Below are positions 26,116-38,788 of a stretch of 64,000 bases of DNA, piece after piece. The stretch's first letter is position 1; each line of letters opens with the position of its first letter. The position numbers and the translations under genes are program-made. The notes beneath the pieces are model-generated. The model was not told where the DNA came from. It made no database searches and saw nothing but the letters and a program-made list of their open reading frames with translations. The DNA comes from Podarcis gaigeae (lineage: Eukaryota): NCBI GenBank assembly GCA_964106915.2, contig OZ066922.1. One strand, 5' to 3'.

Positions 26116-29009
26116 AACTTTCGAGCAGTACGGGTATGTCTGGTAATAGACTATGCCCTTCTACAATCATGCTGCAGTGGTAGGCACCAGGTGGAGCCTC
26201 CAGGCCAGACCCAAGAGTAGCCACACATAGAGTGGATCCAGGAAATTCATATCCTCCAGGAACTCATGCAACTGCTTGGCCACCACCCTCTCCATCAACC
26301 TTACCCAAGAAAGGAGTATTTGCAACCAAGATCTTATAGGCTGCTGGAATCAATGCTGGATGGTTTCTTGGTTGTTTTGCTTTTAAATGTTTCACTGTTT
26401 ATCGCTCAAGTTTGCTAATCTTCCCTAGCAGTTGGAAGTGAGGAAAAATGGAGAAGACCAGCAGCCTGAGTGTTAGCAATGACTATATGGGGAAAAGCTT
26501 GGTCAGCAGCAACAGCCCCTTAATCCCCAACCCCATCAATTAAAATTTGACCTCTTCAATTAACATTGGCTGCCACCCATTAATCAAATAAAGTTTTACT
26601 TAGTTAATTTACTGATTGAAAATTCCAATGAACACTCTGAAAAGTTTTATACCATCCAGTATTTTATTTATTGAACAGTAGAAAAGGAAACAAGCTTAGT
26701 TTTGCAATTTTTCTGCATTGTAGTGTTGATGGAAACTTTAGTAGAAACTTTTCTTTGTATTTGATCCCATAACCTGCTGACATTTAGCAGCAACTCTCGA
26801 ATATCATCAAATCGCAGAACTGCTTTAGCTTCATTGCACTAAGGGTGAGGCATGAAAACTGTATACTCCAGAGTCTTTCCACTCACTTCAATGGCATTAC
26901 TCCAGAGTAAGCAGCTTAAGAAATAGTCAGATACTGACACATTATTTGAGAAGCTGCATTTAGCAGGCTAAGCACTTCAGCTCACAAACTCCCGGAGCTT
27001 ATTGATTTTTCCCTTTCCTTTTTTTTTCCCTGAGGAAAATAAACTTTCCAATTCTAGTTTATTTTTAGAGGTTAATCCATTGCAAGTTGCTTTCTCCTTC
27101 TTTCTTTCTCATCCTCCACTCTAGTCTCTAACACAAACTGGCTTGTATGCATATACTTAAAGGTGGCATAGCTGGTACATGAACAACCTCCATCCCACAG
27201 ACAAGCAAAGTCCATATTTCCTTATATAGTCATACAGAGCTCCTGCAAGATCTGGATTCCCCATTCACTTCAATGGACAGTGGTGATAAGCCAGAGTGGT
27301 GTTAGGTTGGAATCTGGATTTTATTTTATTTGTAAAAACTCATGATGTGTGATTTGGTTTTAAATCCCTGCTTGCAACAAACTGGTTGAAAACCAGGACC
27401 TTGTACCCTATTATTGATTTGGGTGCACTTAGACATTCTCCTTACCTATGATTCAACAGGTTTATCTCTTTTCTGGATTGGGACCATTGAACCCTGCTTA
27501 TGCTGATTTAGCTTTGGCAATCATTCGGTACTGCTGTTCTCAATATTATTTATTCCCCACCGTATGAAAAGGGAATGCTCTTTTCAAAGTATGCTGCATT
27601 GCCCATTCTTTGTTGATTTCTCCCCACCTCCAGCTCATTTATACAGAACTGGAAACACAATCAAAACAAGAGCTATGTTTCTTACTGCTGAGATTGTGCG
27701 AAGTGACCCAGAGGAAACAGCAGAAATGCTGAAAACAAGTGGGGGGAAATGATTTTACTCTCACTAATGAGCAGATGCTGCACCAAAATGAGCAAAACAA
27801 ATGAGCAAACAATGGAATCAATGAGCAAGCAAAGTGTGTGTTTGAGGGGGGAAGGTGGAAATCTACAAAAAGACTTGCAAAACACAGATGCAATCTGAAC
27901 AGGCCCTCTCCATGGTGCTGAAAGGCCTGAGCAAATGAAACGTCCTTTCAAGGAGCATCTTTAAAATGCTGCTCCTGACAACATTTGGATCCTGTTACGC
28001 AATCCAGATGCTGTTTGTTTACAGCTGATCTGCCATGGTGCAGGGGGGATGTGTCAGATGTTAGCTGCATTGAGATATCAAAACCTAGAAAGGCATGATA
28101 TGCTAAGCAGCAGGCAAAAGGAAAGCTCACACCGAAAGCCATCGGCATAATTATGAGAACAAAAGAGATTTCTTCTGTCAACGCTTAAAAGAGGCTTCAG
28201 TCCTTCTGTCGGAAGCTGCTCTGACCCCGGCTGTCAAATACAATTGGAAACACACTGAAACATCTGATTAGTGCATCTGGAGCTCACAAGGTTCAGACTG
28301 GACTGTGAACCATTTTGGATACAGCAACTAGAGTAGCTACAGATTTGTGCTTCTTGTCCCTTATGCACTGAAAGGGGAGAGATGTGAAAACTCCTCTTCT
28401 GATGTGATGGTGAAAACCACACTTCCATTTGCCCTGCCACTTTCCCCTGAGAAATGCAGTTTAGTGCTGAATCAGAACAAACAGCAATTGGGTTTTGCAG
28501 GGGAAAGCAATGGGGCAAAGGCATAACCACTTGGACCCATGTTTTCTAGGCATGGAGCAAGTGGAAGTGTGGACAAGCCAAAAGGCCAGCTCAGTTGTGC
28601 TGACTTTGACTTGTCTGCAAAGAACCAAATGGTGGCTTCCAAAATTCACCTCCCTCAGCAACATGGCCAAAGGTGCCTGCTAGATCTGCTGGAGGTGGCA
28701 AACATAAGAACAGTGACTCATCAAGTCCAGCATCTTCTCACAATGGCTAACCATATGCCAGCAAAATGTCCAGCAAAGAAGTTGGTGAGGATCAGGACAA
28801 ACCAAGCAGCTCAGGGACTAGCAAGGTTACTACTAGGTGTAGCAGCTGACTCTCAGTTGCTGTGACAACACAGCAGAAGACCGTGATAGGGGAGACACAC
28901 AAATATGCATAGTTCAACAAATTCTATTTGAAGGCCGGAGGAAATCTGCCAAAAAGAAGAGGGGAGAAACTCCTCCCCTACCACTGGCAGAGCAAGGCAG
29001 TGTGAGACC

Positions 29010-29230
29010 ACAGATGGAGGAGAACTTCAGTTCTGTTTCATGATTCTTGAACCAATACACAAACCAAAGCCTATCTAACTTTCAAAATCCACACTTGGTT
29101 GCAATGTGGCCATCCAACCAATGTCTACAAAAATGCACATACAGTATTAGGGGACCATATGCATAAAAATGCACAGATTAATGGACATAACATTAAAATG
29201 CATAATAGTGTAAATAATTTGCAATAAATG
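29010..29230 (-). mobile_element. Old family C fragment
   Basis: Reverse similarity to family C copies (AGATGGAGGAGAA..TTCAGTT, AAAAATGCA repeats). Confidence 0.4.
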
Positions 29231-29362
29231 GCTTGTTAATTGTGTTAAGCCAGGATATTTGTCCAGCGTACAGAAAATATTTGTTTCTCTACTAAATCTG
29301 TCACAAAACACCATTTACATGATAAGAAACAAGATCCTGATCAGACTAAGGTGACTATATCT

Positions 29363-29683
29363 CAGGGCCGCCCCACCCATTTGGCAAAGATTGCCTCAGA
29401 GGGAGCAGATCTGGACTCCAAAGAATGCACTGTCTGATGGTGCTGCCGCAATGGCAGTGATGGGTATTGTATGCTCCTTGGAGGCCAAACTTGCCACCAC
29501 CTTGGCAGCTGCCCACCCTGCTGCCTCTACAGAGGCATCTTGGTGAGTAGAAGGTGTTGCTGGTCTCTTCCCACCCTTGTCCCTGCTGTAGAGCTTCATT
29601 CACCCCTTACTGCCTGACAGGGGTGTGGGGAACACCATTTTGTAGTTCTCCTCAGGTGCCCAAAATGTCTTGGGCTGGCCCTG
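29363..29683. mobile_element. Old MITE-like element
   Basis: Termini CAGGGCC / GGCCCTG. No TSD recoverable. Confidence 0.45.
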
Positions 29684-30795
29684 AGTTCAACCACCAATGA
29701 CCGCCATCTATAGATGCAAATAACCATTCTATGGGAAGGATTCAAGGAGAGGGAGGAAGGTGGGCAAAGAAAACTTGCACCTCCTAAGCTTTCCCTTCTC
29801 CCCTCATATTCCACCAACTCCCCAAAGAGAAGGATGGAGGCAGGTGAAGGAGACATTGGGCAAGCCAGACTACGGCTGAATGAAAGCATTATTCACCTAT
29901 GAGTATTTTGCTCAGAAAGCCTTTGAGCTTACTTGAGAGTCATCCCTCGGATCCACTTTACCCAAAAGCCTGATCTCTATAAGTATTTTTGTAAGGTTTT
30001 TCCTCTTGAGAGTATTTCCCCAGAGTCACCCCCCCCCCACCTCAACCTCAGCTTAGTGAGATCTATTTATGGCACACTGTTATGTGTCTTAAAGATCTAT
30101 TTGACTTTTGTATGGCTTCAGATAGGAAACAAACATATCAGCATAAACTGTCAGTCGCTCCAGGATTAACCAGTTTACCCTCACGCTACTGGATGTCTGG
30201 AGGGCAATTGTCACAGAGAATACTGCACACATTTATAGCAGCGTGAGGTAAGGGCTGCCTTCGGTTTCTAAGCTGGTGCTGTGTACTGTCTGAGCTCATC
30301 TACGAGCAGTGTATTGTGAGACAGACAGATAGATAGATATAACCAAATGTCAGCATTTCAGGGGAACAAAACTGACAGAACAATTCACATGTTCCTTTGT
30401 AGGCAACAGGGCGTGGGAACATATGGTCTCCATAAAGGCGGTCCTCATTTTCATCTCTGGCAAGCATTACTACTTAAGCATCTCAGACAGCAGAGCTAGA
30501 AGAGATCTTTCCCTGAGGCCCTGAAGAGTCAGGCTGGACGTTGCTGGACTAGATGGATTAATAGCCTGACACTATTGGCAGCTTCATATTGAAGCCCTAG
30601 GCCTCCACAGCTGACAGTGTTCTAATGGACAAGGGTCTGGCTGAAAGAAGTACATTGTCTAGTATAGGCAAGTAACTCCTTTTAGCCCAATATCTTCATT
30701 CCCTCATGCACAATGGATGCATGTGGTGTTGGGTTCGAACAGAGGAAAAAAGTGAAGATAACAAAGGATGTGATTCCTACTTTTGCACAGTAGTC

Positions 30796-31091
30796 CATAC
30801 CCTCCAACATTTCTCTGATGAAAATAGGGATGTCTGAAAGGGTTGCCCTAGCCACTCTGGGTGACTTCCAACACGTAGAAAAACATAATAAAACATTAAA
30901 CACTAAAACACTTCCCTATACCAGGCTGTCTGTAGATGTCTTCTAAAGATTGTATAGTTACTTATCTCCTTGGCTCAGGAGTCACACAACTCCATACACT
31001 CCAACATTTCTCTGATGAAAATAGGGACATCCTAAGGAAAAGTGGGACATTCCAGGATCAGATCAGAAACCCAGGTAGCTTCCATAAATCC
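30796..31091 (-). mobile_element. Composite MITE + LINE-tail element, family E (truncated copy)
   Basis: The terminus CATAC(C/A)CTCCAACATTTCTCTGATGAAAATAGGGA occurs twice (30796, 30993). Reverse homolog of the 39429 and 58634 copies. Confidence 0.8.
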
Positions 31092-31439
31092 TGTCTACAT
31101 TCCATCCATAAAGATGGAAGACTTCAAGAATGTATCCCAGCCAGGCAAAAGCATTGAGATCACAGAGCCAGGATTGTGTGGAACAGGGCCTGAGGAGAGT
31201 GTATGGTTTGGGGAGAGTATTGGGCCTTAGGATACCTACCCACAGTCTAGAAAACACACTTTAGGCAGACAAAAAGTATTCATTGCTGGATGGACATTTG
31301 TTAGACAAATGCTCATGACGTTAGATGCGGGTGACATTAGCAGAGGCTTGAGTAAGAAGCCAAAAAAAAAAAAAAAAAAACAAGTCCATGGGGAGGTGGA
31401 ATGGGATATTACTAATAAAATAGAATTGTCTCAAGACAT

Positions 31440-32801
31440 TGTTTGATATCCATTTTGTCTCAGTATTACTGAGCTTTTATATGAAGTGGTTGCAAGTGGT
31501 CATTAGGGGATTTGAAGCAAGGTGTCATCATCATACTGATGGCACTCGGCTCTATTTTGCTGTAACAGCTGAATCAGGAGAGGCTATGCAAGCCCTGGAT
31601 CTGTGCCTGGACTCAGTGGTGGCCTGGCTATGGACCAAAAAGCTGAGCTTGAATCCTGGCAAGACTGAAGCAGAGTAAGTGAGTAGTTCCCAGGTCTGGT
31701 AGACTGGTTAATTATCTGTTCTGGATGGAATTGCATTCCCTATAAGTACAACTTCATAGACTGCAGGGGATCCTAGATCCAACATATGTGTATTCAGGGG
31801 CAAGAGGTGCCTTTCAGCAGCTTGGGTTAGTGAGACAGTTTACAGGCCATTTCAAGACCAGGAGAGCTTCATCTTGATAGACTTGATTACTGCAATGTAC
31901 TGCATGTGGAGCTATCCTTGGATCTGGTCCAGAAGCTTCAGGTGGTGCAGAATGCAGTGGCTCAATTACCTCCAAGCAATCCGTAACAACCCTGCTTTGA
32001 GAACCACACTAGCTGCCTATATGCTATGGACCATTTGTTACTAGTGTACAATGCTCCCAGAGAACTTGGGAGCAGATACCTTAGAGTGTCTCACTCCTTA
32101 TAGACTAGCTAGATCTCTGAGAACAACAGGGGCTGTGCTTTTGGAGGCTGTGCTCCATAAATCAGATTTCTCTATGCTCAGAGCATTCAGCACAGCAGTC
32201 ACAGTATTATGGAACATCTCACCCCCACCCCACCCCCCAGTGCAGGCGAGGCAGATGCTGGCACTGTATGAGCTACAACATGCCATGAAGACATTCTAAA
32301 GCCAGCAAGCATTTTAGGAATGTCAATTTTCATCTGGCCACTCTTAATACTGTTTTGTTTTATCTATGATGTACAGTGGTACCTTGGGTTAAGAACTTAA
32401 TTTGTTCCATGTAAAAATGAAATCTGTAAGTTAACTATATGTGGTGTGAAGAAATACTTTCTTTTGTCTGTACATACTTGCATTGCATGTTAGTAAATGC
32501 ATTGTACAGTGGTACCTCGGGTTAATTCGTTCTGGAGGTGTGTTCTTAACCTGAAACCGTTCTTAACCTGAAACACCACTTTAGTTAATGGGGCCTCCCG
32601 CTGCCACTACACCGCCAGAGCACGATTTCTGTTCTCATCCTGAAGCAAAGTTCTTAACCCGAGGAACTATTTCTGGGTTAGTGGAGTCTGTAACCTGAAG
32701 CGTCTGTAACCCGAGGTACCACTGTATATTATTTTGTATTCTAGTCTGTTGTAAATTGCTTAGAGATCTGATTACACATGATACACAAATATTTTAATAA
32801 A
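31440..32801 (+). mobile_element. Decayed L2 LINE 3' portion (RT to 3' UTR), interrupted by a MITE
   Basis: FYMKWLQVVIRGFEARCHHHTDGTRLYF (decayed YADD)..LCLDSVVAWLWTKKLSLNPGKTE, KLQVVQNAVA, RAFSTAVTVLWN. Confidence 0.85.
32374..32724. mobile_element. Tigger-like MITE, family F, with a copied segment that duplicates its left end
   Basis: TA-CAGTGGTACC..GGTACCACTG-TA. A second left TIR starts at 32507, inside a segment identical to 33991-34138. Confidence 0.85.
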
Positions 32802-32849
32802 TCATAGTAGATAAGATCTAAATATAATTTTAGTTCCTGGATATGTTGC

Positions 32850-33400
32850 TGTCAGGGCTGGAGTCAGACTGCAGGTCAGCAAGCAAGGAGCAGAGTTTGT
32901 AAGAGAAGTTAAATCTTTATTCAAAGGAATGGCATGCAACTCAGCCACACTTCCCAGTAAGTCTTGCCCCTATAGAACAGTGGCCAGGACTGATGATTCC
33001 CACCATCAACACACTCTCAGGTTCCTCCTCTCCTGGATGTTTCCCAAGCAGTTTCAAACTGTGCCTGGACATCTTTAATTTCTGTTCCGCTCAATGCATC
33101 ACTCTGCAGGAGGGGAGCTTGCCATAGTAGGAGAGGCAAGCAGCCTCCTCTTTTGAAGTCTTTTGCCCCTCCTCTGCTTCAACCTCTAAGTTGGAACTGC
33201 TTCCTGTCACAGGCTCTCCCTCTTCACCAAATCCTGTTGCCCCTTCAGCATCCAACAACTCCCACTCTTCCCCCCTTGACCTCTTTTCTGTGCCCCACCA
33301 CCAATCTCCTGGCTCTGAGCCTTCCTCCTCTGAGGTTTCCCTTGGGGGTTCTCCAGCTGGTGTCTCCTACCTTTCTTCTTCATCCAGCCAGTCCCTTACA
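32850..33400 (-). mobile_element. Solo LTR (Gypsy-like)
   Basis: TGTCAGGGCTGG...CCAGTCCCTTACA inverted termini. TSD GTTGC/GTTCC. AATAAA on the minus strand near 32916. Confidence 0.75.
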
Positions 33401-33749
33401 GTTCCTGAACTTTGGTAAACCTATTAGGAGTAGCCTGTGACTCTGTACACTGACTTTTCCGAAGAATAGTGTAAAAAGAGGGACAGGTCTAAATAGGAAT
33501 ATTCTAGCACAATTAGCTACAGACATTTAGGTTCTTTAGCTGCCTGTCTATGTCATGATCTACCTGATCCATCAGTGAGCCCTTGCTTTGAACTGATTGG
33601 AAAAGGTCCAAATCTCACTTTCAACTGACGACTTGAGGACTGCTCATCCTTCTTTACTGATGAGAATCAAGTTAGGTTACAGCAAGTCTAATTTATGCTG
33701 TAATTTTAACCCTAGTTATGTATGGCTGGAACCTTGTGGGCAAATGAAA

Positions 33750-34052
33750 GAACAAAAGAGAACCCTGATAGGTCAGTCCAAAGGCCCTTCTCGTCCAGCA
33801 GCCTGTTCTCACAGTAGCAAACCAGATGACTATGAGATGCCCACGTGTACTCTCCCCATTTGTGATCACCAGAAACTGGCATTTAGAAGCATAATACATC
33901 CAACAATTGAGGGAGAACATAGTTAATGTGGCTGTTAGCCACCGACCGCCTTATCATTATTGGATAAGGATGGTGGTGGTCATTACATCTTGTAAAAATG
34001 AAATCTGTAAGTTAACTATATGTGGTGTGAAGAAATACTTTCTTTTGTCTGT
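33750..34052 (-). mobile_element. Old CR1-type 3' fragment
   Basis: AAAGGCCCTTCTCGTCCAGCAGCCTGTTCTCACAGT..GTGTGAAGAAATACTTTCTTTTGTCTG, the reverse of a typical squamate CR1 end. Confidence 0.6.
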
Positions 34053-34087
34053 ACATACTTGCATTGCATGTTAGTAAATGCATTGTA

Positions 34088-34321
34088 CAGTGGTACCTCG
34101 GGTTAATTCGTTCTGGAGGTGTGTTCTTAACCTGAAACTGTTCTTAACCTGAAGCACCACGTTAGCTAATGGGGCCTCCTGCTGCTGCCGTGCTGCTGGA
34201 GCATGATTTCTGTTCTCATCCTGAATCAAAGTTCTGAACCCGAGGTACTATTTCTGGGTTAGCGGAGTCTGTAACCTGAAGCTTGTGTAACCTAAAGCGT
34301 ATGTAACCCGAGGTACCATTG
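34088..34321. mobile_element. Tigger-like MITE, family F
   Basis: TIRs CAGTGGTACCTCGGGTTA / TAACCCGAGGTACCATTG. Left TA flank. Confidence 0.9.
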
Positions 34322-34850
34322 CATCTACAATTAGTAAAACGTTCTTGCACCTCTTTTGTGGTCTGGTTCCTGGTTCCATATTGTTGAGCCCTGACACCGA
34401 CATGGGCAAATGCTGCTCTGGGAAATGAGCATCTCCAGCCTCCAAGCATGGCTTTGAAATCAACATTGCAAGTCCTGTTCTCTGGTTACCCTCATAATTC
34501 CACTTTTGGACAGATAAATGTGATTTGCAAAATAGGCATAGCGTCAAGATGTCGCAGCTGCAGGCTTCCCCCTCAAGACTTTTGTTTGTTGTTTTTGGTG
34601 TCCAACTGTTTTTAATTAGCGGAAGTCTTGAATGCGAGCCTCTTCTTTGCGGTGGCTTGAGTTGCAAAGATCAGAAGAATGGGAAAGAAATGGCAGTGCT
34701 TTTGTGTGCCATTTCCATGTTTGGTTCAGAGGTAAATGTTGGAACCTGTTTGTGATTCAATTATGAAAAGTTAAACCTGCAACAGATTCCTGCCTATTCA
34801 GGGCTCTATTCATCCCTTCATCCAAGATACTTCATTCTACCAAAATCTAG

Positions 34851-35411
34851 AATCATAGAATCATAGAGTTGGAAGAGACCACAAGGGCCATCAGGTCCAA
34901 CCCCCTGCCAAGCAGGAAACACCATCAGAGCACTCCTGACATATGGTTGTCAAGCTTCTGCTTAAAGACCTCCAAAGAAGGAGACTCCACCACACTCCTT
35001 GGCAGCAAATTCCACTGTCGAACAGCTCTTACTGTCAGGAAGTTCTTCCTAATGTTTAGGTGGAATCTTCTTTCTTGTAGTTTGGATCCATTGCTCCGTG
35101 TCCACTTCTCTGGAGCAGCAGAAAACAACCTTTCTCCCTCCTCTATGTGACATCCTTTTATATATTTGAACATGGCTAACATATCACCCCTTAACCTCCT
35201 CTTCTCCAGGCTAAACATGCCCAGCTCCCTTAGCCGTTCCTCATAAGGCATCGTTTCCAGGCCTTTGACCATTTTGGTTGCCCTCCTCTGGACACGTTCT
35301 TGATCTAGATGCTATACTCCTATTGATGCAGCCCAGAATTGCATTGGCTTTTTTAGCTGCCGCGTCACACTGTTGGCTCATCTCAAGTTTGTGGTCAACC
35401 AAGACTCCTAG
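34851..35411 (-). mobile_element. 5'-truncated young CR1 LINE with an internal deletion
   Basis: [65 protein letters not shown] and an 8-bp repeat tail (TTCTATGA)n. Possible TSD ATCTAG. Confidence 0.95.
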
Positions 35412-35977
35412 ATCTAGTTTTCTTTTATTTCTCTTATTCCCCAACCTCATGCACAGTCAATCAATGTTCCATTCTACTGAACTGCCCACCTTTTTAAATC
35501 TTAAGATTTAGCATAACTTTGTACATGTGTATGTGGATGGCTGCTGTTTTGGCTACATAAGAATCCAGGGTTGGAGAATTGAGTTCATTTTTAGTATGTA
35601 AGGTAACTCCAATGTAAGGGAACTGCAGTGTGGGGCAGGTGGGGGTGAGCTACATTCCTGGGGATTGTCTGTGTACGCCTAGTAGCCATTCATATTTGAC
35701 ATGAATTTGTCCAATCCCTTTATTAAATTTTGGTTTGATGGGGAAAGAGCAACTGCAATATATTGTAGCAGTGAAATCCATAAATTAATTACATATTATA
35801 TATGTATCCTGCCAGGAAGGAGGCACACCATTTTTGATGGGTTCCTGTTAGGAGATGTGTGAAGCAGGTTGCTTATGTCTTCCTTATTCCCCTATTCTCA
35901 TTTATTTATCCAGATTCTCACTGCTATCTGTGCCTCCCACTTCCAAATATGTTATCCCCTCTCTTCTCTTCCTAAAA

Positions 35978-36264
35978 GGGGCACTGATCAGAAGGTCGGC
36001 GGTTTGAATCCCCGCAACAGGGTGAGCTCCCCTTGCTTGGTCCCAGCTCCTGCCCACCTAGCAGTTCAAAAGCACGTCAAATGCAAGCAGATAAATAGGT
36101 ATAGCTCCGGCAGGAAGGTAAACCGCATTTCCGTGCTGCTTTGGTTCACCAGAAGCGATTTAGTCATACTGGCACCCTCGGCCAGTAAAGCGAGATGAGC
36201 ACCGCAAGCCCAGAGTCATCCACAAATGGACCTAACAGTCAGGGGTCCCTTTACCTTTACCTTA
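35978..36264 (+). mobile_element. Sauria SINE (internally deleted)
   Basis: Core motifs and an (ACCTTT)n tail. Flanking repeat CTCTTCCT. Confidence 0.88.
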
Positions 36265-37088
36265 CTCTTCCTGAAGCCTTCTTTGTGGTCCCAATAGTCA
36301 CACTTGGACTAGAGGTTAGCCTTTCTCTCTTCAAATATGCTAACTTCCTTTACTTTGTGTAGTCTTACACAAGCTCCCTTAGACACACCTAGGACCTTTG
36401 CTTCATATCAGACGACAAGTAATGTATCTGTCTTTCTAGTTCCCACAGTTACATGGTAAATGTGGAAGCTATTGCCGGTTGGGCATATGGTGAAATACTT
36501 GAACAAATGCCAAGCCAAGATTTTTTAGGTTTCACATGCCCCACAATCCCAACATGCAAAGCTATTACCATGCAAATGGACCATGGTTAACTGGTTTGCA
36601 AATAAATACACGGATCAGGATTTAGGTTTGTAACATGCCATGCAAACAACATAATGCAAACTTTTTGATATGCACAGACAACATCCAGACCTCCTTTTCA
36701 TTCACAAACTGCTGAAAAAGGAAGGCTAGACAACCAGCAGCACAAAGCACATAAAAACCACAATAAATTATGAGCATTCAGTTATTATTGGGAGTGCTCT
36801 ATTGTTATTGGCATTCTGTCACTCTGCTCATGTAATAAGGATTGTAGGATGGGAAGAGAGTGGCATAAAGTCTATGGGCTTCCCTTGACAAACATTGCCT
36901 CAATTAGCAATATGGCAAATGACACCTACAGCATTGAGGAAACAAAGGCTAACCACATCAACCTGCTGATATTTGATGACAACAAGGAAAGACCAAAAGA
37001 AAGAGAGGGAAAGAATGCATGTTGACATAGAGCTGTGGGTGAGAAAGAGATCCAATTGACTTGAACTCCCTAAATTGTACTGGATCAA

Positions 37089-37589
37089 TATGCAGGATAT
37101 CAGTATACTGGACTGAGGAGGAATGGTGTTCCCCTTCTCCTAAACCTTCCTGAGAACAGGAGGACAGTATAGATTTAGATCAGTGGTTTGCAGAAGGGCA
37201 TAGTTCAGAGGCTGCAGAGGGGAGAAGCTGGGAAATACTGGAAGAGGAACAGCAGGAAGAAGTAACACCGGGGGAGAGACAACTAACAGACTCAGGGTCT
37301 TTGGAGAGCATTTCTGACCCCACCATCTTCCAGGACTAGGTGAGCATTGAGGGTAGTTGAACAGAAGGCGTAGAGGCAGAAATCTCAGATTAGCTGATGC
37401 AAGGGTGACATAGAATAGGAGAGACGTAGGGGGTGGACTTTACTTGGATCAATGCCATTATTTAGAGAGACTGCATTCCTTTGTCTCTTGCTGTGATTAT
37501 TGAATAAACTAATTGGTAAGAACTCTTCTCATTTTCTCTTTGCTTCTTACTGCCATTGTGGAAGGGATAGGATTCCCCGAAGCCTGACA
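37089..37589 (+). mobile_element. Solo LTR (Gypsy-like, older)
   Basis: Ends CCTGACA. Purine-rich body similar in character to the reverse of the 32850 LTR. AATAAA at about 37503. Putative TSD ATCAA/GTCAA. Confidence 0.6.
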
Positions 37590-37593
37590 GTCA

Positions 37594-37712
37594 AGTTCAG
37601 TTGGTAGAGCATAAGACTCTTGGGTTCAAGCCCCATGTTGGTCAAAAGATTCCTGCATTGCAGCTGGTTGGACAAAATGACCCTCATGGTCTGTTCCAAC
37701 TCTACAATTCTA
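37594..37712 (+). mobile_element. Short tRNA-derived SINE with a CR1-like tail (Squam2-like)
   Basis: AGTTCAGTTGGTAGAGC (A box), GGGTTCAAGCCCC (B box) and tail TTCCAACTCTACAATTCTA. Confidence 0.7.
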
Positions 37713-38061
37713 GGAAATACATGACTGCAAGACAGAGAGCCCATAAGTACTTAGATGTAAGCAACATGTGCCTTTGGCCCCCTGCAGACTGGGTTTTTGG
37801 TGGGTGTATTCAAGAACATGCCGTCGATGCAATGATAGTGCCTAGTGGTGGATTTATACTGGTTCATCCACACACCAGTCCACTTTTAGTTGTGCTGTGA
37901 TGCTTCCCCAGTGTTTCAGCATAATTGCCATCTGGCAATACAAGAAAAATGGGACAGCAGCCTCTCCACCCCCTCACATTTGAACTCTGGAGCTGGTGAA
38001 GTGCCTAGCCACAGGATCTGGTCTCCTCCCATTGCCTGGATAACTTGTCCATTCTCTAAGC

Positions 38062-38198
38062 CAGGCATAGGCAAACTCGGCCCTCCAGATGTTTTGGGAC
38101 TACAATTCCCATCATCCCTGACCACTGGTCCTGTTAGCTAGGGATCATGGGAGTTGTAGTCCCAAAAACATATAGAGGGCCAAGTTTGCCTATGCCTG
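38062..38198. mobile_element. hAT-type MITE, family B
   Basis: TIRs CAGGCATAGGCAAACT / AGTTTGCCTATGCCTG. Perfect TSD CTCTAAGC. Confidence 0.93.
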
Positions 38199-38754
38199 CT
38201 CTAAGCTGTCATGGAAAGAAAGTGTGAATTGCAGCTTGCAATCATGCTTTCCCCCCCCCACCCCGGGGTAGGGGTCCTACAAAAGCATTTTCTCTTCTCA
38301 GATCACTATGACTACCTTAAATCTTGTTCTCTTTCCTGCCCCAAAATAGGCAGGATAAAAACAGAAATTATGGTGGCACTACCCAAAGAGTGTGTAACAT
38401 TTTGTCCTGCCTTTTCTGTGACAGGTTCCAATAATAATCCATGGGTGTTTCATCTAGCTGTGATCCTCCAACTACATTTCAAAACATTCTTGAAGCGGAA
38501 TTTTGTGGCAAACTAAAGATATGTGAAATCCCCTGAAACTTTTAGCTTGTCTTTTAAATGTTCTTTTCCATCTTCCTTTTAAAACTGCTTAAGTGTTGTC
38601 TCGTTAATAACTGCTTAAGTGTTGTCTTGTCTGAGCTGCTCAGAATTTCATTTACTTTGTACAGTATGTGAATGCGGTGGCAAATCTATAAATGAGGCAA
38701 CCTGACAAACAGGAAGCTTTATAAAAGCTATAAGTTGAATGGCTATCTATTCTA

Positions 38755-38788
<34 letters not shown>
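38755..38788. repeat. (TTA)n microsatellite
   Basis: Read directly from the sequence. Confidence 0.95.

Noticed and set aside
38583-38630. 26-bp tandem duplication (AACTGCTTAAGTGTTGTCT twice); a similar one at about 19138-19180
   Set aside because: Ordinary slippage duplications.
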